IMG/VR virus record: IMGVR_UViG_3300032290_001460
Coordinates: 1-64,000 of that record
DNA from: a virus
Taxonomy: Duplodnaviria; Caudoviricetes
DNA: 64,000 nucleotides
Direction: 5' to 3' (one strand)
In this document: one piece after another, positions 40,410 through 51,600 of the stretch
How positions within the stretch are numbered: the first letter of the stretch is position 1
Layout of the letters: each line of letters starts with the position of its first letter
Made by a program: the position numbers and the translations under genes
The notes under the pieces: model-generated
What the model saw: the letters and a program-made list of their open reading frames with translations, nothing else
Told to the model about the DNA's origin: nothing
The model's database searches: none

Positions 40410-42497
40410 ATGGCTTGGAATCGCATCGACAATAAATCTATTAACCCTACCGGCATGAAGGGCACCTCAATACCTCCTGGTGCCCCAATTTCAACAAATC
40501 CAAGTTTCCAGGGTCGCGCCTACAGAGACCCGTGGGATATTGAGCGTGCATATCGCGAAGGCATGCAAAAAGTTACTTGGGTGTCACGATGTATTGACGC
40601 TATCGCAGGTAATCAGGCCCGTCTTCCCATAATTTTACGTAAAGACAACTCTCCCGATGGAGAAATCGTTACCAAAAAGCAAGGCAAATCCACAATTCTG
40701 GATATTTTGAATACTAAATCAAATATAGGCGAAAACTCATTCATTTTCAGATATCGCTTATCTTCACAGTTGCTTCTTGGTACTCGTGGAGTTTTTATTG
40801 AAAAATTAAAAGGCCGTGACGGAGCGTTGATTGGACTCAACTTACTCCCCCCACAGTCCACTTCCCCTATTCCTGACCCACGTTTGTTTGTGTCTGGCTA
40901 CGAAGTAAACATGCCCAATGGCGATAAAATCATCATGAAACCAGAAGATGTTATATGGATTCGCCGCCCACATCCACTTGACCCCTATCTTTCAATGACT
41001 CCAATGGAATCCGCTGGTATTGCCATTGAAATTGAAAACTTAGCCAAACTATATAACCGCAACTTTCTTCTCAATGATGGTCGTCCTGGTGGTTTGCTGG
41101 TTCTTCGTGGGGAAATTGATGAAGATGACAAGGAAGAATTAAGAAGTCGTTTCCGTGGCAACATGAGCCGAGTAGGAACCACTACTGTAGTGAGTGCGGA
41201 TGATGGTGTTGACTATGTAGATACTTCGTCTAACCCACGTGATGCCGCCTATATCCAGATGCGTCAAATCACTAAAGAAGAAATTCTTGCATCTTTCGGT
41301 GTTCCCGAGTCAGTTATTGGTAATGCTTCCGGAAGAACATTCGCCAACGCCAGCGAAGAAGTGAGCGTATTCTGGAATGAGACGATGTCCCCCCACCTAG
41401 AAGTTCTTGCTCGCGCTCTAGATGAACTTGACGATGAACACTATATTGACTTCGATACCTCCGATGTTCCCTATCTAATTTTGTCAAAACAAGAACGCGA
41501 ACGTTACTTGATGCAAGAATTGCAGGCTGGATTAATCAGTCCGAACGAATACCGTGACGGAACTGGAAGAAAAACAGTTGAATCAGACCTGGCAGACAGC
41601 CTTTTAATGAACCCGAACTTAACTCCAATTGCCAACACCACCAAGCCGATGCCGCCGCCCCCAGCACAGGGCGGAATGCCAGTCCCAGGCATGCCAGGAA
41701 TGCCCCCAGGTATGCCAGGAATGCCACCAGGAGCAGAAGGAATGCCTCCTGGGGCAGAATTGGGAGGTCCGGGCGTGGACCCGAATACGATGGCAGGGGC
41801 TTTGGCAGAAGAGTCTGGAATGCTCCCCGCTACTAGCGGTGCCCCAGGAATGCCCCCAGGTATGCCAGGAATGCCAGGAATGCCAGGGATGCCAGGAATG
41901 CCCCCAGGTGCTCCCGCAACGCCAGGCGGATTTGGACAAATGTCTGACCCTTCCGAAATGCTATTCAAGGATGACTTATTTGAAAAAGATACCGACCTTG
42001 CTCGTTGGATAGAAATACTTGACAGAAGTTTGGAACGCCTATTTGAACGTCAGCAACGTGTCGTACTCGAAAAGGTTGCTGGACAAAAATCACGCAAACT
42101 TTTGATGAGTGGCGGACTTGACGTAGATACCGTCATGCCTATTGATACCTGGAATAAGCAAATGGACGAAGACATTAAGCCAGTTCTTTCGGCCATTATC
42201 AAAGACGCCCAGGCTATCTATTCGACAAAATCCGCTTCTTACTCTAGCCCTGGTCAGAATGACATTTTGACTCATATCGAATCTCAGATGGAGCGAATTA
42301 AGAGTCGGAATAACGAAACTCAACGTTTAATTTCTGAAGCCATATATAATTCCTATGGGATACGGGACGAAGAACAGCGTGCTAGTGGTGTTAGGTCTAA
42401 CCTAAATTCTATTTTTACCGAAATTTTGGCTAAAAGACGACCAGATATGGCTATCAATGAGGCTCGTCGGGCGTGGAATTTCCCGCGCCCTCTATAG
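40410..42497 (+). CDS. Portal protein (HK97 family) with PGM-repeat linker and C-terminal extension
   Basis: WVSRCIDAIA, NDGRPGG, ILASFGVP, SPNEYR. Confidence 0.9.
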   Translation: MAWNRIDNKSINPTGMKGTSIPPGAPISTNPSFQGRAYRDPWDIERAYREGMQKVTWVSRCIDAIAGNQARLPIILRKDNSPDGEIVTKKQGKSTILDILNTKSNIGENSFIFRYRLSSQLLLGTRGVFIEKLKGRDGALIGLNLLPPQSTSPIPDPRLFVSGYEVNMPNGDKIIMKPEDVIWIRRPHPLDPYLSMTPMESAGIAIEIENLAKLYNRNFLLNDGRPGGLLVLRGEIDEDDKEELRSRFRGNMSRVGTTTVVSADDGVDYVDTSSNPRDAAYIQMRQITKEEILASFGVPESVIGNASGRTFANASEEVSVFWNETMSPHLEVLARALDELDDEHYIDFDTSDVPYLILSKQERERYLMQELQAGLISPNEYRDGTGRKTVESDLADSLLMNPNLTPIANTTKPMPPPPAQGGMPVPGMPGMPPGMPGMPPGAEGMPPGAELGGPGVDPNTMAGALAEESGMLPATSGAPGMPPGMPGMPGMPGMPGMPPGAPATPGGFGQMSDPSEMLFKDDLFEKDTDLARWIEILDRSLERLFERQQRVVLEKVAGQKSRKLLMSGGLDVDTVMPIDTWNKQMDEDIKPVLSAIIKDAQAIYSTKSASYSSPGQNDILTHIESQMERIKSRNNETQRLISEAIYNSYGIRDEEQRASGVRSNLNSIFTEILAKRRPDMAINEARRAWNFPRPL
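41680..41910 (+). repeat. CCAGGAATG-type (Pro-Gly-Met) coding repeats
   Basis: Multiple PGM/PPGM units within the portal gene. Confidence 0.85.
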
Positions 42498-42605
42498 TTG
42501 CAGTAAACTCCCCCTATTTAGTTTACTGAAACTACATAAACACTAATAAACTTGCGTTCATCAGGATAAATAGAGACTATTATTACTCTAGATGATTGGA
42601 GTATC

Positions 42606-45600
42606 ATGAGCCAAGGAACATTTGAAGACATCCATTTTAAGGCGATGAATGGCCAATTCAATATAGATGAGGCACAAGGAATCGTTGAATGTTTCGTTGC
42701 CGCCGTAGGTAACAAAGACTCCGTGGGTGACATCGTCGCATCGGGGGCATTTACAGAAAGTCTCAAGCGCCGCAAACCGCGCGTTGTATGGGGACACAAC
42801 TGGAACGACCCCATCGGTAAGGTTCTAGAAATTTACGAAGTACCAGCACACGACCCGCGTCTCCCAGGAAAAATGAAGCAAGCAGGAGTGGGCGGGCTCT
42901 ATGCGAAGGTTCAATTCAACCTTGCAACAGAAAAAGGTCGCGAAGCATTTGCTAGCGTCGCTTTCTTTGGTGGAGACCAAGAATGGTCTATCGGCTATAA
43001 GACTCTCCAAGCAAACTTTGACTCCGCCATGCAAGCAAACGTTTTGCGTGAAGTTGAACTGTACGAAGTGAGTCCAGTTCTTCATGGTGCAAATCAACTG
43101 ACAGCCACAATTTCCGTCAAGAGCGACGAAGGTGAAAAGTGCCACAGTCCTGCTATGGGCGCTGGAATGCCAATGATGCCAGCAGTAATGCGTGCTTTTA
43201 AACCAGGGATTCCAGAAGGTGGCCCATCGCGCATTTCGGCAAGAATTGGCTACGACGTTTCTAGTCCTCGTGAAGATATTTTTGCAGAAGGCGAAGCACG
43301 CGAACTTAATCGCGAAGAAATTTATAGACTTGAAGAAGAACTGATGTCACGTTCTAATAATCGTCTCAAGATTATCTCCGCAACTGAAAATATGGTCACA
43401 TTCCATCGGATGCTCCCCAATGGTTCATCAACGGCTTACCGTCTCCCATACCACTACGATACGGCTGTTAGACAATACATGTTTGGCAAACCAGAGAAGA
43501 TGGGACAAGGTCCTAGCCAGCCTCAACCACAAACAGTCGTTCCTATGCAGATGCCCAGTATGCCAATGTCTGTCAAGCCGAATGCCGTCAGCCCATATGC
43601 CATGGTTAACGGTGGATACGATGGCGAAAAATCCGTTGAAGAAAGACTCCATGAAGTTATTGCTGGCTTAAAGTTGCCGCTCTTCGACGATGAAGTAGCA
43701 GAAAAATCTCAACAAGATAAAATTGAGGAAGTAGTGAATCTTCTTCAATCCTATATTGAAGAGAAGAGCGAACCCATGCGTGTCATTATGAAATGTGAAC
43801 CGCATCAAGCGTTCCGTGTTAAGGAACTACTCGACCCGGTAATTGAGTATCACGGACTTCAGGCAGAAGTCAGTGAAAAGGGCGTCCATCTTTCAGGGAC
43901 ATTCAATGATGAAACACTCGATGCACTATATGCGTCAGAGAAAAGTATTCAACGGATGTTCATGAAAGAGGGTGGTTGGGGAAAAGATAACGGCCCTACG
44001 GGGCCGACCTTCGAAGTTGAAGTAAAAGCCCTCGGAGGCCGAGTTGGCCAAAGAATCGGTGGAGGCCTGAGTGCTGCACCACCAGGGATGGTTTGGGTTG
44101 ACGTAACCGGAGCCATAGATGGCGATAGCGATGGAATAGTTTTTGAGGGTACGCCTATGCAGCGTCCCATTATTCCTCGTGCGATGATTCCCAAGGTGCA
44201 GGCGTCTATACTTCAACAGACTTCCCTCCCCCGCGCTATGGAAATGGAGCGAAATAGGGTTCCTAAACCATCTGTTTCGCAAGAAGATTCCAAACCACGT
44301 TTAAATCAGGTTCCTAAAAAGAATGAATCAGATTCAGTGGTGCCTTCTAAGCCTATTCCAAAAATAGACGACACTATTCCAACACCCAGTAAGGCTCCTA
44401 AAAAAACTCAGGGGCGCAAATCAAGAAAAAGCCCTCCTACTAATCCGAATATATACGACCCGTGGGTTTATAGAAATTCAGGAACCGAGCGCATTCTTGG
44501 TAACGAATTCAGCATCATTACGCCACTAGATGAAATTATTAACTCTGTTAGTTCTAGAAGTAAAAAATTGACTCCTAAAGAAATTATTGACAATTATGCT
44601 TATTTCCTTAATTATAGAGGCCTAGACACTCAACAAGTTTTTAAAATTTTTGAAAACCATGGTTATGTTAATACTGAAAAAGTCAACCAAACCATATCTG
44701 ATGAGTTGAAATTTGCGATAGATGACATTATTGCGGCAGGCGGAAGAATTGTTTTTGCACAAAATAATCTTCTAATTAATTTGGGTGGCAATAAATTAAT
44801 AATTGATTTATTAGATAAAGATAGTTATAGTAATGTTAGACAGCAGTTAAGTATGCCCTTGAAGCAATTGTATGTAAAAGAAAGAAAGACAGTAACAAAT
44901 ATTTCGGACTTGTCTCCTAGGTATAATTATCTTAAGCCAGAATTGAAAAAATTAAAAGAAAAGTATGGCGATTATTTTGTTATACGCGCCCTGGATGCCG
45001 GCCATTATTCTGCTGTTCTTTTTGACCCCATCTCTGGTGACCCCCTAAAAACTTATCAATTTAGTGGTAGTCCACGAAGTACTTCTAACCTTTTAAAAAA
45101 CCTTTCTTCAGAATTTACAAATGCAGCCGTAGTTAGAAGATTTGAATCAGCAAAAATATGGAAGCCAGCGCGCGAAGTCATTGATAAAGTACCGTTGAGA
45201 CCAGCAAATGAAGGGGAAACCCCAAAATTCGGTCCGCTGAGTGGTACTTCTAAGTTGGTTCAGATTTTTTCTGAACTAGGTTTTTCGCCAGACAGTAAAG
45301 AATATCCTAATGCTCTCGTTGAATTAGAAATACATGATATTGGTGACGGAAAATTTGGTGTATATGGTGTAATCGTAGATGAAGATGGCATAGAACACCT
45401 CGTGAGCCAGGAGCAGGATGGTCTTGCAGATTCATTAGATTTTCTTCGTGCACTAGGTTCAGAATATTCTCAGTCGCAATTATCAGAAATGAGAAGTGCT
45501 CATCTAAGACGAATGGGGGTCGTTGGTCAATTGGGCGATACTTCTGGGTTGAGTCAAGAAGTTGAAGAAATGAGGGCTGCTCGTGATGAACGAACTTACA

Positions 45601-48600
45601 ATCAGTGGTTCGTTGATGATGGTAGTCGTTCGCAAAGAACACCTACCCTAATTTATAATACTGCCGCAAAATCTATAAGAGATATTTTTGATGATGAAAA
45701 AACATGGGACCCATTCTTTGAAGACCTAAAAGATGTTTTGGGTCATTCTCAAAAACAATCGCAACGCCTACTCGACCTCTACGATGACCCGAACGCTACA
45801 GAAGAGGCTATAACTAATCTTGAGGAATCAATTAGGGAATTAGATGAGCAAATTGCCGCCGTTATTGATTACGCAAAATTTTTAAATGGAGAAAATCGTC
45901 GCGCTCGTCTCAAAAGACTAAAGAATCCTCTTATTAACAAAATGATTGACGAACGTACTGGGGGCGAGTATTCGGATTTTACTGATGCTGAAATTGAAAG
46001 ACTTAGAAACAATCTGACTTTTTCCGAAAATGATATAAGCGATATCTTTGGCGTTGAGGGAAGCGATAAGGCTAGAAATTTCGTTGAATCAATGCAGGAT
46101 GTTTTAGATGATGCGGAATGGTATGACGGCATACTGAGCAGTCCTATAGAGGACGAGAATAACCCTGATTATTTGGAAAATCCATCTCAAGAACTTTACG
46201 ATGATGCTATTAGAAGTTTGAGCATGGAAATTGATTTCATAAAAGATGCTAGAAAGCGTAATCATCAACAAAGACTGGCTATTTCGGATGGTAGCAATTT
46301 ATCCGATGGCACCAGTCGCTCGCAGCGTTCCTTCATTAATGGACGTGGAGTGGGCGAAACTAGGCAGATTTTCCCCAATGAAGACAAACAGGGAACTAGT
46401 AAAAAAATTAAGTACGCTCGTTATGATGGGCGCAAAGAAGAACTGCTGGTTGAATATTCCTCTGGTGAAACCATCACCTATGGTGGAGTAACCGACAGGA
46501 TGGTTTCTGCAGTTGAGAAATCACTAGATGATATTGATGGCGGGATTGACGGGATAAAAGCAGAAGCACGCTATTCTATTAAACCAGATGGACAAATAGA
46601 AGGCAGGGCGGTTAGTGTAGCAACGCTAGTGCAGAGAGATATTGAACGTCTCGAACAATACGATGTTATTACTGCAAAAGATAAGTTATGGATGCAATTA
46701 GCAGCAAATGCCATATTGTCAAATTTTGAAGAACCGCCCGAATATGAACTATTATCCTTGTCTGACCAATTGGCTAATGTGGCAAATAAACTTGCTCGCG
46801 AATATGAAGAAAATTCTGCAGCCCTAAACCTTTTAGAAATTAAAAGTTCTATTGACGACAGAGTAGGCAATGGGCTTGGCGGAACTCGCGGTACACGCAT
46901 GTATCGTCCACTGAAGGATGAAACAACATTAGATTTAACCAATGACGAAATTGGTGAATTAAGAGACGAAATTCAATCAATTCTAAACAAACATGGAGAC
47001 AGAATTACTTTTGCTCCTTTTGCAGAATTTGACAAAGCGTTAAAGGACGCTCAAGATTCAAACAAAAATAATGTAACAATTAAAAATAATTTACATTCAG
47101 CATTAACCGTTGCTTACGATGAACTTTACTGGATGGCTTCACACAGTCAAGCAGAGAAAAGATGGCTCAACCCCATTGGGGAAACACTACTCAATATTGC
47201 TGCAGCATCCGGAAGATTCACCTCCCCACGCCTCAGTGCCAATAGGGGAGACTTCAAGGGCGTCCCATTCAATAATGGCGCACCATCAAGAATGACCCCC
47301 GAAGCACGAACTACCCTCATAGATTGGGCAAACGGAGACGGATTAGGGTTCTATGTTCTAAAAGACATACGTGATTCTTATCGACTCAGGAATGGAAATC
47401 TCACCTCGCGACAGTGGAACACTCTTGCGAACATGTACAGGCGCTTTGGTCCTGGTGGCAGTGACAGAAAAGACTCAAGTAGTAGAAGTAAAAAAGATAC
47501 AGAAATCTACTATGCCATTGTCCCTTCGGACGTCCCGGACCAAATTGACGATGAGGAAGAAGAAAAACCAAAACCCAAGAAGCCAGTAGGAAAACCTGCT
47601 TCAGAGTTACTGCCAGGCGACTTTGATTCAATGACTGCAAAAGAAAAAATTGATGTCATGTTTCAAATTGGACGTGCAACAAAAGATAATCCCGATGGCA
47701 TCGCCCCAGAAGATTGGGACAGACTAATTTATCCCCTAGACAAGGAACTTGATGTAGAAGAAGCAGTACAGAACCAAGCAGAATTCATGGCTGCACAAGA
47801 AGCCGCTGCAATGAGAGGCGAAGTACTAACAGAAGAACAGTTCTACGAAAACAAATCACGTCAAGCGGAATTACACGACAGAAGAACAATACAGCGTGCA
47901 TTAAGTGAATACGACGCTGGACGACCCGAGTTATTGCAAAAACTTGGCCTACGTAGAGAAAACTTTATTATTAAAGCAGATAGAGAATACAAGGCCCCCA
48001 CTAAGCCAAAGCCGTTAGGTAAATGGGCTACAGATTTCTCCATGAAGATACGTTCTCAAATAGAAAAAGCAATTGCCAATGGGCTTGCCGGAGAAGAACA
48101 TCTTGACCCATGGCTATCCATGGAAGAACTTATTAATGACAACGATGGTCTCCTTGATGAAGAAACTATCCAAAACATTATCCCTGTCCTAGAAGAATAT
48201 GTCAGTGCTTATGATGGGGCAGAATTTGGACATCGTTCAGAAGGTAATAGTTATAAACAAGCCAACGACATGATTGAGGAGTTGGAAAATACTCTTTCAA
48301 TTCTTCTTGACCCAACAATAATCGAAGACGATTCCGATGATAGCGGAGATGACAAGAAAGACAGCGACGCTGCCTCAGAAGTTCCAGATACAACTCAGGG
48401 AGTTTCTCTATCCATAGAGGGCGATAGTGGTTCAAAAAGCCGTCGCTCATCATCTATGGCAAGTACTACGGGCAGACAAGACGCTGTTGATTCCGGAAGT
48501 AACCAAATAAATTCCGAAGATAGTAGCAGGAGTATCCGAGAAGTAATCAAATTAGAAGATTTACTTGAAATAGATAAGCGCGAACAATCCGAAGATATGG

Positions 48601-51600
48601 GAGAACCATTCGTTGAGTTATCAAAGGCCCTCGAAAATTGGTTAAATAATCATATTTCAGATATGGGCGGATGGGACAAAAGTCACGAAACTCGACTACG
48701 TAGGCAGGTAGAAGATTTAATTTTGAATTTACGTGGCTTGCGAGACAAGTGGCAGTCCATGGGGACTGCTAAACGAAGCGGAATATTGAGACGCATGAAG
48801 ATGGTTGATGGCTACGAACCGCACCCTCTAACTAAAATGTCACTTGAAGATATCATTAGTAAATCAGAATTACGTATTCACGATGACGGAACTCTGTCTT
48901 TCAAATTGCCTCCCAACCCAATATTGCGGCAACTCATACCAGGCAACAGAAATTATCAAGATGTAGAGTTGCCCACTGCTGAAACTGTTAGTGAAATTTT
49001 TGATAATCTCACAAATGATTGGCGCAGATTAGATGAATTATTCAATTCAATATATGAAGTTTTTGATGAAGATGAAGACGGGCGACGTGGAGCGCGCCTA
49101 AGGAAATACCCTGTCGGCGGGGAAAAACTGCCGCACCACTCCTTGTATCTTGGCAAGTACGCTGAACCCCCGACAGAAGCACCATCTCCGGAAGGGGCGC
49201 TCCAATACCACTACAACGACATTTCTGCTCGTATTCTTCAGTATTACATTATCCCTGAATTAGCAAAAATTAAACGCAATGAAAATCCAAAAATTGGAGA
49301 AATCTCCAACGATAACGACCATTTTATTCATGGATATTTACAGTTATTTACAGACCCGCATGCCTGGCAGGAGATGAGTGCTGTGTTGTCTGAAAACTTC
49401 CGTGTATCGCCCGGCACCATATTGCATGACTTATTGGGGCACTACGCCCTTGGTAATACTTTTGATAGACACGGAGAATATGGAAATATTCTTTCAACAA
49501 TTCAACTTGCTCGCGATAAGAAGTTCTGGCAGAAGTTGCGCGAGATACCAGAACTTTCTGACCTATCCGAAGAGGACAGGGACCTCTACATGCGCGGCTT
49601 GCTCGTTGATGTGGCCGCAAGATGGTTTAATCGTGTCGGTACAGACTCCCCGGATGACGAGAGGAGATTGAAGAAGAAAATAGCGTTCTACGATGGACCT
49701 ATTGATGAACTTCTTGACAAAATCGACCCGCCTAACGAACAATCGTCAAGTTCTAGTCGTTCTACACGAAGAATCCCATTAATCGATGTCGATGATAAAC
49801 AACTTTCTGAGTTAGGTAAAGAATCTATTGATGGTATTGCAATAAGAGAAGAATTTATTAGACCATCTTCTCGTGACGAATTAGAACAATTTGTTTCACG
49901 AAGAAAACCGATAGGTTCGGACCTGCCTGTTGATTTACGCACTGGCGAACCTCGCCGCATGTCTCATGAGACAGACAGAGAGTGGAATGCTAGAAGAAAT
50001 AATTTTTATAGAAACAACCCATGGTTTGACCGGCCCCCTATTGATGCTTCTGAAGATTCCCCTAAAATTGATAGAAATAACGAATTTGGTGATGGAGAAT
50101 TAATTAAACCCTCATATAAATTTAATTTTAAATGGAACCAGTATCAAGATTATACTGATGAGGAATTAATAGATAAACTTAAATCAGACAAAAAACCTTC
50201 CAATACTTTGGTGCATGAATTGTCTTTACGTGGATATGAAGTTAGAAAAAAAAGAGAATATGATTTAGGTGATTTTAGTGGTAGGGAAGGATATGACTAC
50301 ACATACTTCTTTGCTAAGCCAATGGATGAAATAACCCAAGAGCATCTTGATAGAAGAAAATCTAAATACAATCCAGTTGATGAAACACAAAAAATAGATG
50401 AGCCGTCAACCAGCATAATTCCTACATTGGAAGAAGACGTTGTTGATGAACAGGATTTTGTTGAGCCAGAAGAATTCCCATTAAAGCCGAAACAGCCCAG
50501 GGTTCCTCGTCCTCGACCCGGTACCAACACCGTGAATATTGGTGGCAATAATTCGGGAATCATAAATCTCGGCAACAATGTGACAATTGATACTGGCGAC
50601 ATAAATGTTTCTAATCAGGGCAGTAAGATTACTATTATTAATGGGAACAAGGTTACTGTTGATGCCAATACGGATGTATTGAGTATGCCATTGAAAAAAG
50701 TTGATGAAGAACTTGCTAGCATACAGAAAGATTTAGCGGAACTTAAAGAAAGAAGAGTAAAGGGCAGTATTTCTGATGCTGATTATGCTCAGCGACGCGT
50801 AGATTTGGCTAATAGGAAAGTTGCTCTCAAATTAAAGAAACATTCCGTCCCTGATGGTGATGCAACCAAGGGCACACCCAATGTTTCCTATATTGGCAAC
50901 AGTTCAAGGTCAACCAGAAATATTGATTATTATCGTAGGGAATTTAATCTTTCTCCAGAAGATTTGGAATTCATCAAATATACCAATGCCCCAGATTTAT
51001 TTTTGCGTGAAGAATTTGGGATAGACGATACAGCCATAGCAGACATTCGTTCTTATGTGCCGCCGTTGGATGTCATCAAGGAAATAGATTCTTTAACCGA
51101 TGATGATGTTAGATTCCTTGAATCTTACGATGGTATTGTTTCACAAATTACTGAAGAATTTAATTCTTTTGTAACTCGGACGATGGCCGAACGTCTTCAG
51201 GCTATTCAATACATAGGAAATTCTAATCTCCCTGAATTGGAAAAACAAGAAAACATAAAAGAAATTGATGATGCATTTAATGAATTATTAAAAGTTAACA
51301 GTGAAATACATTTCGATAGGCTGAATGATGCCGTACTATATACGGCACCTTTAAATTATCGCGGTTTTGGTTGGAGGATGACCCCAGAAAGAATTTCTTC
51401 ACTTGGCTTACCTGAAGGCTATGAAAACAAATTAAAGTTCAATCAGGCTACTCGCATTTGGGAAATGATGAATGGACTGGGCTTTGACTGGGACGAAATC
51501 GAAGATTTCACTGGTTTGACTTTTGATGAATTGAAACCCCTATTCCCACATGTCCGAATTATCGGGATGATACGCGAACAGGAGAAAAACTCTTTAAATA

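Noticed and set aside
41504-42012. Cys/Gln/His-rich alternative-frame ORFs (CQECQEC, WHSWH)
   Set aside because: These are other-frame readings of the portal PGM repeats.
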